Source: an uncultured Candidatus Peribacteria bacterium (GTDB taxonomy: Bacteria; Patescibacteriota; Gracilibacteria; UBA1369; UM-FILTER-53-11). From it: a stretch of 64,000 bases of DNA. The notes under the pieces were generated by a model. That model was not told where the DNA came from, ran no database searches, and saw nothing but the letters and a program-made list of their open reading frames with translations. Shown piece after piece: positions 38,994-48,002 of the stretch (position 1 is the first letter of the stretch; every line of letters starts with the position of its first letter). The translations under genes were made by a program, and so were the position numbers. Where the stretch lies: NCBI GenBank assembly GCA_964354865.1, contig CAYHBN010000001.1, positions 488-64,487 on the forward strand, given 5' to 3'.

Positions 38994-39839
38994 TTACTCT
39001 TCAACCTCCCCACTCTCCAACCTTCGAATCCTCTCCTCGATTGGTGGATGTGTTGAAAAAAGATTTACCATGAATGAAGCGTGGAATGGATTTACTATAA
39101 ATAAATGTGCGGTAGCTTCGTATTTTGGTTCGTTTGGTAAGGGATGCGCCTTTGCTCCCATGTGTAATTTTCGCAGTGCAGATGCCAATGCATGTGGCTC
39201 GCCACACAACTTGCTACCCGTTGAATCTGCCAAATATTCACGCGAACGAGAAATCGCCATTTGAATGAGCGCCGCAATAATGGGAGTCACGATAACAAAA
39301 AATATAAGACCAATTGCACCGCCCTCGCGGTCGCTCGTGCGTCGTCCTCCACTAAAGTACGCAAATTGAGCAAGATACGAAAGCGCACCAGCCAAAGTTG
39401 CCGCCACACTCGACACCAAAATATCGCGGTTAGTGACGTGTGAAATTTCGTGTGCAAGAACGCCACGAAGTTCGCGCTCGCTGAGTAACTCCAAAATTCC
39501 GGTAGTCACCGCAACGACCGCATGCTCTTTATTTCGCCCTGTTGCAAAAGCATTCGGCTCGCGCATATCTACAATAAAAATCCGTGGCATCGGAATACTC
39601 GCCGCCATAGAAAGTTCATGCACTATTTTGTGAAGTGCAGGATACGCATGCTGCTCTGCCGGCTTCGCCCCATACATCGCCAAAACCAGTTTGTCTGAAA
39701 ACCAGTACGATCCCATATTCATGAGCGCCGAAAATCCAAGCGCATACATCGCCCCATTTTGCCCGCCAAAGTAATAACCCGCACCCACAATAAGGCCAGT
39801 TAAAACGCCAAGCAGTAATATCGTTTTTAATCTATTCAT
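38994..39839 (-). CDS. htpX: zinc metalloprotease HtpX (M48)
   Basis: HEISHV (HExxH), four hydrophobic helices, and a conserved C-terminal STHPPIEERI. Confidence 0.9.
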   Translation of the reverse strand: MNRLKTILLLGVLTGLIVGAGYYFGGQNGAMYALGFSALMNMGSYWFSDKLVLAMYGAKPAEQHAYPALHKIVHELSMAASIPMPRIFIVDMREPNAFATGRNKEHAVVAVTTGILELLSERELRGVLAHEISHVTNRDILVSSVAATLAGALSYLAQFAYFSGGRRTSDREGGAIGLIFFVIVTPIIAALIQMAISRSREYLADSTGSKLCGEPHALASALRKLHMGAKAHPLPNEPKYEATAHLFIVNPFHASFMVNLFSTHPPIEERIRRLESGEVEE

Positions 39840-39845
39840 GGAGCC

Positions 39846-39854
39846 ATTATAGCA
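39846..39854 (-). promoter_or_regulatory. extended -10 TGCTATAAT 6 nt upstream of htpX ATG; leaderless candidate
   Basis: The minus strand reads TGCTATAAT-ggctcc-ATG. Confidence 0.45.
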
Positions 39855-39859
39855 CTATT

Positions 39860-39868
39860 TGGTATAAT
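39860..39868 (+). promoter_or_regulatory. extended -10 TGGTATAAT 9 nt upstream of ATG 39878; leaderless or near-leaderless candidate
   Basis: The plus strand reads TGGTATAAT-agattttgt-ATG. Confidence 0.45.
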
Positions 39869-39877
39869 AGATTTTGT

Positions 39878-41527
39878 ATGGAAGAAATTCGCACCTGTGC
39901 ACTGTCAGGAAACAAATTCACACTCGATGAACAGGATTTGGAGCATTACAAAAAACTGAACCTACCTTTACCGACACTCTGCCCGCAAGAGCGATTACGA
40001 AGACGGCTGACCTGGCGCAATGATCGAACTTTTTATAAACGTGATTGTGATTCATGCAAAAAATCAATCCTCTCACTCTATACACCAGATTCTCCCTATA
40101 CTATTTATTGTCCTACTTGCTGGTGGAGCGATTCATGGGATGCGTACTCACTTGGCAGAACATATGATTTTTCACGAGCTTTTTTAGAGCAATATGAAGA
40201 TTTAATGAGAATTGTTCCTCGCCTCGGTGTCGATCTAGTTAACTGCGAAAATAGTGAGTTTTGCAATTACTGCGGTGATGACAAAAACTGCTATTACGAC
40301 ATTGCCGGTGAAGCAAACGAAGATTGTTACTACAATCTTTTCACTAAATACTCGAAAAATAGCGTAGATAACACCTTTCTGTATCACTCAACACTCTGCT
40401 ACGAATGTATTTCATGCTCAAATTGTTATAACTGTTTTTATTCAACGTATTGCAACGACTCAAATGATCTCTATTTTTGCTACGACATGAGGGGCTGTAA
40501 CAACTGCTTATTTTCGTACAATTTGAGGAACAAGGAATACTACATAATGAATGAACCGTACACTAAAGAGGAGTATTTCAAAAAATTAGCTGAGTTTCAG
40601 TTATCTACTGTTAACGGGCAAGAAAATGCCCGAACTAGCTGGAATGAATACCGAAAACAAAATGCACTGCATCGTGACATGTATCTGACCAACACAGAAA
40701 ATTGCACCGGCGATATGATCTCAAATTCAAAAAATACACATTTTGGTTTCAACGCTACAAATTGTGAGGATTCTAAATTCCTCTTCGACGTATTAGATGC
40801 GAAAGACTGCTATGACCTAAATTATTCACTCTACAAACCAGAACTTTCAACCGAGCTTATTAGCACGCTCAATCTAACGTACAGTGCGTACAATCTTGCG
40901 AGCCACTACTGCAGCAGTATTTTCTACTGCGACATGTGCAATAACTCTAAAAATCTTTTTGGATGTATTGGGATAAATCGTGGTGAAAATTGTATTTTGA
41001 ACATGAAATACTCGATTGAAGAGTATGAAGATTTGAAGGCAAAGATAATTGAACAGATGAAGGCAGATGGCAGTTACGGTGAATTTTTCCCAATGTCACT
41101 TTCACCACATGCATATAACGAAACCGTCGCTCAAGATTATTTTCCACTAACAAAAGATGAGGCGTTAAAAATGGGATTACGTTGGAAAGATACAGATAAA
41201 CGTGAATACAAATCATCTAATGCAGTGATTCCCGATAATATAGCCGATGCTGCTGATTCCCTCTCTCAAGCAATATTGGCATGTAACGTTTGTAACAAAA
41301 ATTACAAGGTAATCAAACAAGAGTTAGCTTTTTACCGACAGCAACAAATCCCCATTCCGCGGGAATGCCCAGAGTGTCGTCATCAAAAACGCAGCCACGC
41401 AAGAAATCCTCGAGTGCTTTTCGAACGAACATGTTCACAGTGCGCAAAAAATATTCAGAGCACCTTCTCACCCGACCAGAGCGAAAAAGTGGTATGCGAA
41501 GAATGCTATCGGGCTGCGGTATATTAA
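39878..41527 (+). CDS. Cys-rich protein with homologous zinc-ribbon-like modules at both termini
   Basis: 549 aa. The N-terminal module (CALSGNKF...LPLPTLCPQERLRRRLTWRNDRTFYKRDCDSCKKSI...YCPTCW) and the C-terminal module (CNVCNKNY...IPIPRECPECRHQKRSHARNPRVLFERTCSQCAKNI...VCEECY) align. The middle has many CxxC/NC repeats. Confidence 0.7.
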   Translation: MEEIRTCALSGNKFTLDEQDLEHYKKLNLPLPTLCPQERLRRRLTWRNDRTFYKRDCDSCKKSILSLYTPDSPYTIYCPTCWWSDSWDAYSLGRTYDFSRAFLEQYEDLMRIVPRLGVDLVNCENSEFCNYCGDDKNCYYDIAGEANEDCYYNLFTKYSKNSVDNTFLYHSTLCYECISCSNCYNCFYSTYCNDSNDLYFCYDMRGCNNCLFSYNLRNKEYYIMNEPYTKEEYFKKLAEFQLSTVNGQENARTSWNEYRKQNALHRDMYLTNTENCTGDMISNSKNTHFGFNATNCEDSKFLFDVLDAKDCYDLNYSLYKPELSTELISTLNLTYSAYNLASHYCSSIFYCDMCNNSKNLFGCIGINRGENCILNMKYSIEEYEDLKAKIIEQMKADGSYGEFFPMSLSPHAYNETVAQDYFPLTKDEALKMGLRWKDTDKREYKSSNAVIPDNIADAADSLSQAILACNVCNKNYKVIKQELAFYRQQQIPIPRECPECRHQKRSHARNPRVLFERTCSQCAKNIQSTFSPDQSEKVVCEECYRAAVY

Positions 41528-41535
41528 AAAAACTA

Positions 41536-43008
41536 TCACATCGCCCTCGCCGTGTGCCACTCGGTCGCCTGCTGATACACATGGCCAACCTGTAACAACT
41601 TTGCCTCGCTAAAGTGGGGGCCGATAATTTGCATACCGATCGGCATTTTATTTGAGCCAAAGCCCACGGGAACCGCGAGACCTGGGAGTCCGGCAACATT
41701 CGCCGACACGGTAAAAATATCTTCAAGATACATTTTGACAGGATCATTCGCGTGCTCGCCAATTTTAAATGCCGTCGAAGGAGTCACCGGCGTAATGATG
41801 ACATCGACATCTTTAAATGCTTCTTCAAAATCACGAATTACCAACGTACGAACTTTTTGCGCCTTCGTATAATACGCATCGTAATAACCAGACGAAAGCG
41901 TGTAGGTACCAATCATAATACGGCGCTTAATCTCGGATCCAAAGCCTTCACCTCGTGTTTTGTAATAGTACTCTTCTAAATCTTTTGGCGTTGCAGAAGG
42001 ACCAGGCCCCATGCGAATACCATCGTAACGAGACATGTTAGCGCTCACTTCAGAAGGACTCAAAACGTAATACACCGCTAAACCATAAGGGCTATGAGGC
42101 AAACTGATTTCTTTAATCTTCGCGCCTTTTTTAACCAACAAATCAATCGCCGCTCGAACAGCGCTATCTACCTCGGGGTCTGTACCCGCAATAAAATATT
42201 CTTTTGGTAAACCAATGGTCATGCCTGCAACATCGGCGTTTGCGAGCGCGCCCAAATAGTCATCGACGGGCACCTTTGGCGTGGTGGTATCGTGATCATC
42301 GTGCCCCGCAATTTCTTGCAAAACTGCCGCTGCGTCCCACACGGTCTTTGTCATTGGCCCAACCGTATCAAGTGACGACGCCATTGAAATAACGCCAAAA
42401 CGAGACACACGTCCGTAGGTTACTTTTAAACCGGTAATGCCACAGTACGCCGCAGGTTGGCGAATAGATCCACCAGTATCGGTACCCAAAGAATAAATAC
42501 ATTCATCAGCTGCAATTGCCGCAGACGAGCCACCAGAAGAACCGCCCGGGGTACGTTCTAAATCCCACGGATTATGAGTGGTGCCATAACAAGATGTTTC
42601 AGTTGAAGATCCGCAGGTAAGCTCATCAGTATTCGTTTTACCGAGCATCACCATGCCTGCGTGTGCGAGTTTTTTAACCACCGTCGCGTCATATGCCGGC
42701 TTAAAATCCTTTAAAATATTTGAGGCCGCTGTCGTATTAATTCCCTTTGTACAAAAGACATCTTTTAATGCAACCGGAATTCCCGTCAAAACACTTGGTG
42801 CTTTTCCTGAAGCAAACAATGAATCTGCTGCACGAGCCTCTTCTAAGGCACTTTTTTCACAAACAGTCGTATAGGCATGCACACCACCATCATATTTTTT
42901 AATGGAGTCGAGACATGACTGCGCGAGCTCTACCGCTGAAAACTTTTTTTCGCGTAGACCTGCGGCGGCTTCTTGAATGGTAAGAGAGGAGAGATTCATG
43001 TCATTCAA
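41536..43008 (-). CDS. gatA: Glu/Asp-tRNA amidotransferase subunit A
   Basis: Amidase signature GGSSGGSSAAIAA. 490 aa. Overlaps gatC by 8 nt. Confidence 0.95.
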   Translation of the reverse strand: MNDMNLSSLTIQEAAAGLREKKFSAVELAQSCLDSIKKYDGGVHAYTTVCEKSALEEARAADSLFASGKAPSVLTGIPVALKDVFCTKGINTTAASNILKDFKPAYDATVVKKLAHAGMVMLGKTNTDELTCGSSTETSCYGTTHNPWDLERTPGGSSGGSSAAIAADECIYSLGTDTGGSIRQPAAYCGITGLKVTYGRVSRFGVISMASSLDTVGPMTKTVWDAAAVLQEIAGHDDHDTTTPKVPVDDYLGALANADVAGMTIGLPKEYFIAGTDPEVDSAVRAAIDLLVKKGAKIKEISLPHSPYGLAVYYVLSPSEVSANMSRYDGIRMGPGPSATPKDLEEYYYKTRGEGFGSEIKRRIMIGTYTLSSGYYDAYYTKAQKVRTLVIRDFEEAFKDVDVIITPVTPSTAFKIGEHANDPVKMYLEDIFTVSANVAGLPGLAVPVGFGSNKMPIGMQIIGPHFSEAKLLQVGHVYQQATEWHTARAM

Positions 43009-43297
43009 ACACGTTAGGCACTAAAATAGAGTGTGTTGATTCGTCAAAATTTCGTGAACTTGCCAACAGATCATCGGCATTTGCCAACGGCTCACGTAAA
43101 ATTTCATCAGTTCTAAAACAATTCAAAAGTCCCGTCACCTGCGCAGTCGGCTCCACTCCATCGGTATTTACTTCGTTCAGCTTATCGATGTACGAAATAA
43201 TCCCCGAAAGCTGCACTTGGTATTTTTCAACCTCGGCATCGCTTATTCCAAGACGCGCCAACTTCGCAATTTTAAGGACTTGTTCACGAGTTAACAT
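43001..43297 (-). CDS. gatC: Glu/Asp-tRNA amidotransferase subunit C
   Basis: About 98 aa. MLTREQVLKIAKLARLGISDAEVEKY is a typical GatC N-terminus. I prefer ATG 43297 over the track's GTG 43303. Confidence 0.85.
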   Translation of the reverse strand: MLTREQVLKIAKLARLGISDAEVEKYQVQLSGIISYIDKLNEVNTDGVEPTAQVTGLLNCFRTDEILREPLANADDLLASSRNFDESTHSILVPNVFE

Positions 43298-43405
43298 ACG
43301 CACAATAAGATAAACGAGTAAGAACGAGAAAACAAGGAATTAGCATGACTAGAGAGAGAGATCACGCACAATACACCTTCCCTTTTTACTTTCAGCTTTC
43401 CGCTT

Positions 43406-43411
43406 TATACT
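43406..43411 (+). promoter_or_regulatory. -10 TATACT 7 nt upstream of ATG 43419; leaderless candidate
   Basis: The plus strand reads TTTATACT-atgcccc-ATG. Confidence 0.3.
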
Positions 43412-43418
43412 ATGCCCC

Positions 43419-43742
43419 ATGGAGCTCTACGACAACATTCGTAAAATATCGTTTTGGTTTTTCGCCCTTGTAGGACTCACCCATTTTTTAGCCGGACTTC
43501 TCTACGTTAACGGGTACTACAGCCCCTACAGTGGAATCGTAAATCGCGTGACCTATATTCCTTTTTACGTTGCAGCCTACACCTTCTTTTACGCACAACT
43601 AAAACACTACCTCATTGAAAATGGCATTGACCGACGATGGCTTTCTGGTCTACTTTTAGGCATCGGCTGCGTAGCTTTCATCGTACTATTAACAGTTGAA
43701 CTCCTCGCACCCGACTCTTCCACTCCTCTTTTGAGATCATGA
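43419..43742 (+). CDS. hypothetical small membrane protein
   Basis: 107 aa with three hydrophobic helices. ATGA overlap with the next gene. Confidence 0.5.
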   Translation: MELYDNIRKISFWFFALVGLTHFLAGLLYVNGYYSPYSGIVNRVTYIPFYVAAYTFFYAQLKHYLIENGIDRRWLSGLLLGIGCVAFIVLLTVELLAPDSSTPLLRS

Positions 43743-44176
43743 GCACTACTCGCGTTTTAACTTTCGGCACCTTTGATCATTTTCACGATGGTCACGCTTT
43801 TTACCTTTCTGAAGCCAAAAAACACGGCGATGAGTTAATTGTCGTCATTGCGCGCGACGAAACGGTTAAAGCAATAAAAGGTGCAGAATCTGATTTTGGA
43901 GAAAAAGTACGCAAAAAAGCTGTTGAAGCATGTGGCATTGCAACGACCGTCGTGCTTGGAGATAAAAACGACAAATACAAAGTGATTAAAAAGTATAAGC
44001 CAACGACTATTGCGCTCGGTTACGACCAATATGCTTTTACGCAACGACTTCAAAAATTCCTGATCGACGAGGGGTTGAACACAAATATTGTTCGGATTGA
44101 ATCCTATAAACCAAGTGAATATAAATCAACAATCATAAAAGCTAAGTTAAAACACAGCGGCGAAAAGCACGAATAA
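43739..44176 (+). CDS. RibL-type (archaeal-like) FMN adenylyltransferase / cytidylyltransferase-family protein
   Basis: VLTFGTFDHFHDGHAFYLSEAKKHGDELIVVIARDETVKAIKG is colinear with archaeal RibL (GTFDxxHxGH ... GDELIVxxARDETV). 145 aa. Confidence 0.6.
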   Translation: MSTTRVLTFGTFDHFHDGHAFYLSEAKKHGDELIVVIARDETVKAIKGAESDFGEKVRKKAVEACGIATTVVLGDKNDKYKVIKKYKPTTIALGYDQYAFTQRLQKFLIDEGLNTNIVRIESYKPSEYKSTIIKAKLKHSGEKHE

Positions 44177-44201
44177 TCTTGATGGTAGTGCATACATCAT
44201 G

Positions 44202-44226
44202 TACCGTTACCGTAACGGTAATTTTT
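44202..44226 (+). terminator. hairpin plus T-run after the RibL-like gene
   Basis: TACCGTT-accgt-AACGGTA followed by ATTTTT. Confidence 0.45.
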
Positions 44227-44230
44227 CAAT

Positions 44231-45082
44231 ATGAAACTTATACAAAAAAGCATCTCGGCATTTCTAGGCAATTGGATGACGACGATTCCTGCCACCATAA
44301 TAATTGCTATTTTGCTCACGCTTTTTCACGCACTCATTCTTGTACATAACGGCGCAGAGAAGCTTGTTACTAATCTCGAAAGCAAAGTTACTCTTACCTT
44401 TTATATTAAAGAAAAAGCGAATCCATTTGAGGTAAGTTCTCTTATTAAGGATTTAGAGACACACACCGATCTGATAACGAAAATTAACTATACCTCATCG
44501 CAAGACGCATTAAATCTTTTAAATAAAGCATTTTCACTCGACACCTCACTCATTGAAAAATACAACGTACAGCTGCCAGCAAGTATTGTGGTAACACCGA
44601 CACAAGTTGACTCACTCGATGCCGTTACCACGCTCGTGAGAACATCAGCAAAAAACCTTTTACATCCAACAAAAAACAGCGACCACGCAACAAGCAAAGC
44701 GACAGATGATCTTAAAGCATTCTTAACTCAACTTGAAAGTGCAACCACCCGTGTACTCTCGTTCTTTTTAGTATTATTCGGATTCGGTGGCATTTTACTC
44801 ATCACCAGCACCATTCACATTACCATGGCACACCGCCAACATGAATTAACGATCATGCACTACATTGGTGCACACGAGCATACCATTGTTGCACCATTTA
44901 TTATTGAAGGAGTTATTATTGGAGTTTCGGCATTTATTCTCAATCTTATTTTTATTTTGATTTTGCCATTTGGAGATTTAACTACGGCCGTTGCTCAAAA
45001 TGCACTTATCGCCGAATTTTTGTTTAGCTGCTCACTCACAACGTTGGTAAGCTACTTGGCTACCGTTCGCGTTTTAAAATAA
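44231..45082 (+). CDS. ftsX: FtsX-like permease
   Basis: 283 aa with FtsX topology: an N-terminal TM, an extracytoplasmic domain of about 130 aa, and three C-terminal TMs. No ftsE is adjacent. Confidence 0.55.
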   Translation: MKLIQKSISAFLGNWMTTIPATIIIAILLTLFHALILVHNGAEKLVTNLESKVTLTFYIKEKANPFEVSSLIKDLETHTDLITKINYTSSQDALNLLNKAFSLDTSLIEKYNVQLPASIVVTPTQVDSLDAVTTLVRTSAKNLLHPTKNSDHATSKATDDLKAFLTQLESATTRVLSFFLVLFGFGGILLITSTIHITMAHRQHELTIMHYIGAHEHTIVAPFIIEGVIIGVSAFILNLIFILILPFGDLTTAVAQNALIAEFLFSCSLTTLVSYLATVRVLK

Positions 45083-45091
45083 TTAGCCGCT

Positions 45092-45667
45092 ATGTTGCAC
45101 ACAAAACTTGAGGGCATCATTTTAAAAACAAGTCCGTTTAAAGAGTACGATAAAGTGATTGTGTTCTTTTCACCAAACGACGGAGTGGTACGCGTTATTG
45201 GCAAAGGAGTACGCAGACCACGCAGTCAACGGAGCTATCATCTCGACTTATTCAGTATGGTGAACGTTGAATTGGAGTGCTCGGGTAAAACAACTCCCCT
45301 GTTATATTTACGCGAAATACACACCACCGAACATTTTAAAATTATTAAGGGTGATCCCGCACGCTACAGCGCCGCAGGAGTGATTGCACTTTTCATTTAT
45401 CGCATGTTGCCCGAAGGGGCGCGAAATCAACAAGAACTCTACACACTCACTATCAAAGCACTGAACACACTAAACACTCTAGAAAATACCGACCCCGACA
45501 AAACAGTACTTACCTATTTATTAAAGGCGGTAAAACTACTCGGACACCTCGAAGACCGAATGAAATCAACTATCCTTGAAAGCGAACTTCTCTCTCAACT
45601 TGAATCACTTGACCCTCAGTTCACTTTGCAAGCACGCCGTACGCTTTCGATTTTTTCAAGCTTATAA
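45092..45667 (+). CDS. recO: DNA repair protein RecO (short form)
   Basis: N-terminal OB-fold pattern LEGIILKTSPFKEYDKVIVFFSPNDGVVRVIGKGVRRPRS. 191 aa, with no zinc finger seen. Confidence 0.55.
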   Translation: MLHTKLEGIILKTSPFKEYDKVIVFFSPNDGVVRVIGKGVRRPRSQRSYHLDLFSMVNVELECSGKTTPLLYLREIHTTEHFKIIKGDPARYSAAGVIALFIYRMLPEGARNQQELYTLTIKALNTLNTLENTDPDKTVLTYLLKAVKLLGHLEDRMKSTILESELLSQLESLDPQFTLQARRTLSIFSSL

Positions 45668-47946
45668 AGTAATCGTTCAAGCTGTTCAAAGTCGTTAATT
45701 TCAAGCAAAAAATTAATCATTGCGTGGTTGTCGAGTGGTGGATCTTGAAAAAAGTGAAGAATATTTACATTCTCATTCGCGATAGTAACCGTAATATCAC
45801 GCACAAGTCCCATTCGATCGTCAGCTTCAATTAACACTTGTACTGCATAGGTTTCATCGAGAGCGGACTCCGCCTCATCCTGAAGACCTTCGGTGCCAAT
45901 TCGAACCGGCACAATTCGTGCAGGATCAGAGTTTTTAATGACACCACATTTTCTCTTATGAATTGAAACGCCCTTACCTTTCGTAATAAAACCAATAAGA
46001 TCATCATTCACCGTAGCATTACAACATTTTACAAAATAATAAGGCATATTTTTTGCGCCACCAATAATGACGAGCTTCTTTTTTTCAACTGCTTCAAGCT
46101 TCGCTGCCTTTCGACTCTTTTTAAGTTCTTTTTTATCTACAAATACTGACTGATTCTCAACGTTTTTATCTGCAATTACCTGTGAGGCACCAAGCAATTC
46201 TTTCATGGTAAAAATCTTGCGAAGAACAGTGCTTGTCAGTAAAGAGCCACGGCCTATCTCGGCCAAAATTTCTTGGCGCTCTTTCAATGGCACTTTTTTA
46301 CCATCATATACTTTCAAGACTGATAAACTCATATCAAGTGGCGGCCTACCCAACTGCTTTAGCTTTTCATTAAGCATGTCTTTTCCGTCTTTTATATTCT
46401 TATCGTCATCGCGTGTTCTAAACCACGATTTTACTCGATTTATTGCATGTGTCGTCTTTACAAAAGAAAGCCAAGATTGGCTCGGCATTGAATTTTTTCT
46501 TGTAACAATATCAACCACTTCTCCATTTTTCAGTTGATAATCAATGGGAACCATACTGCCATTTACCTTTGCGCCAATACAGTGATTCCCCACTTCAGTA
46601 TGCACGCTATACGCGAAATCAATAGGAGTTGCGCCGGCGGGCAAATCCTTTACATCGCCACGTGGAGTAAGTACGAAAATACGATCTTGCAACACATCGG
46701 CATGCAAATGAGAAAGGAGTTCTTGGTTATTTTGAACCTCTTGGCCAATTTTATTCAAATCGGTTATCCAGCCTTTTTGCTGCTCGAAAACCTCATTTTC
46801 TTCATCATCTCCTTCAGAACCTGAGTGATCTAATTTATTAGGATCAATTGAGAAATCGTTTTTTGTAATAACTCCCTTTTCTTCATAAATCCAGTGAGCC
46901 GCAATTCCATACTCAGATGCGTTATGCATAGCGAGACTTCGAATTTGAATTTCAGTTGGTCTATTATAATTTTTAGGACCCAGCCCGATAACCGTAGTAT
47001 GTAAACTTTTATATCCATTCACCTTTGGCACGGCAACATAATCTTTAAAACGATTTGCAAGCGGTGTGAAATGGTTGTGAATAATGCCAAGCGTCGTATA
47101 AATGTGACCCGTATACTCTTTGCCGTTTCTATACATATCCGGCAAAATAATGCGCATTGCAAAAACATCGAAAATTTCGTCAACGAGCGTCTTATTTTTC
47201 TTTTTCAACTTTCTATAAATGGAGTACAGGCCCTTCACTCGACCATCTACTTTCGCTTGAATACCCTCTTTACTCAGCATTTCATAAAGTGTTTTTTGCG
47301 AAGATTCAATAAATTTCTCGCGCCAACGTTCGGCTTTTTCAATTTGAGAATGAATATCGTCGTATGCTTCTGGTTGCAAATATTTAAAACATAAATCTTC
47401 AAGCTCTGTTTTGAGTTTATAGATACCCAAACGAGCGGCGATCGGCGCATATACATTCATCGTTTCTTGCGCGATACGAATTTGCTTATGAGGCAACACG
47501 TGATCAAGTGTCTTCATATTATGAAGACGGTCACACAATTTCAACATAACCACGCGAATATCGTCGGCCATTGCTAAAAATAGTTTGCGCAAATTTTCAA
47601 TTTGAGGGTCATTTAACTTTGAGCGAACTTTGCTCAATTTAACGAGTCCCCAACATAACTTACTCACCGTCGATCCAAAACGTGCCTCAATATCTTCTAT
47701 CGTAAATGAAGTATCTTCAGCGACATCGTGAAGAAGTGCCGTAATAATCGAATCTTCATCGGGATGATAGTCGATCAAAATATTGGCTACATTAAGAGGA
47801 TGAATAATGTAGGGCTCACCAGAAAAACGCGTTTGCCCCTCGTGCGCTTTCGCCGCAAAATCGTAGGCACGCTTAATTCGATCTGCATTCAAATGTGGCA
47901 GGTATTCTTTCGCCCGAGCAATTATTGTTTCTACGGTAACCATCAA
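45616..47946 (-). CDS. rel: bifunctional (p)ppGpp synthetase/hydrolase (RelA/SpoT homologue)
   Basis: HD hydrolase domain (HPLNVA...LLHDVAEDT), synthetase domain (YKSLHTTV, EIQIRS), TGS and C-terminal ACT-like regions. 776 aa. Confidence 0.9.
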   Translation of the reverse strand: MMVTVETIIARAKEYLPHLNADRIKRAYDFAAKAHEGQTRFSGEPYIIHPLNVANILIDYHPDEDSIITALLHDVAEDTSFTIEDIEARFGSTVSKLCWGLVKLSKVRSKLNDPQIENLRKLFLAMADDIRVVMLKLCDRLHNMKTLDHVLPHKQIRIAQETMNVYAPIAARLGIYKLKTELEDLCFKYLQPEAYDDIHSQIEKAERWREKFIESSQKTLYEMLSKEGIQAKVDGRVKGLYSIYRKLKKKNKTLVDEIFDVFAMRIILPDMYRNGKEYTGHIYTTLGIIHNHFTPLANRFKDYVAVPKVNGYKSLHTTVIGLGPKNYNRPTEIQIRSLAMHNASEYGIAAHWIYEEKGVITKNDFSIDPNKLDHSGSEGDDEENEVFEQQKGWITDLNKIGQEVQNNQELLSHLHADVLQDRIFVLTPRGDVKDLPAGATPIDFAYSVHTEVGNHCIGAKVNGSMVPIDYQLKNGEVVDIVTRKNSMPSQSWLSFVKTTHAINRVKSWFRTRDDDKNIKDGKDMLNEKLKQLGRPPLDMSLSVLKVYDGKKVPLKERQEILAEIGRGSLLTSTVLRKIFTMKELLGASQVIADKNVENQSVFVDKKELKKSRKAAKLEAVEKKKLVIIGGAKNMPYYFVKCCNATVNDDLIGFITKGKGVSIHKRKCGVIKNSDPARIVPVRIGTEGLQDEAESALDETYAVQVLIEADDRMGLVRDITVTIANENVNILHFFQDPPLDNHAMINFLLEINDFEQLERLLYKLEKIESVRRACKVN

Positions 47947-48002
47947 TCGTGAATGATACCAGATGCTCTTCTAATAACCAAATTCACAAAATCCGGTGCT
48001 TC

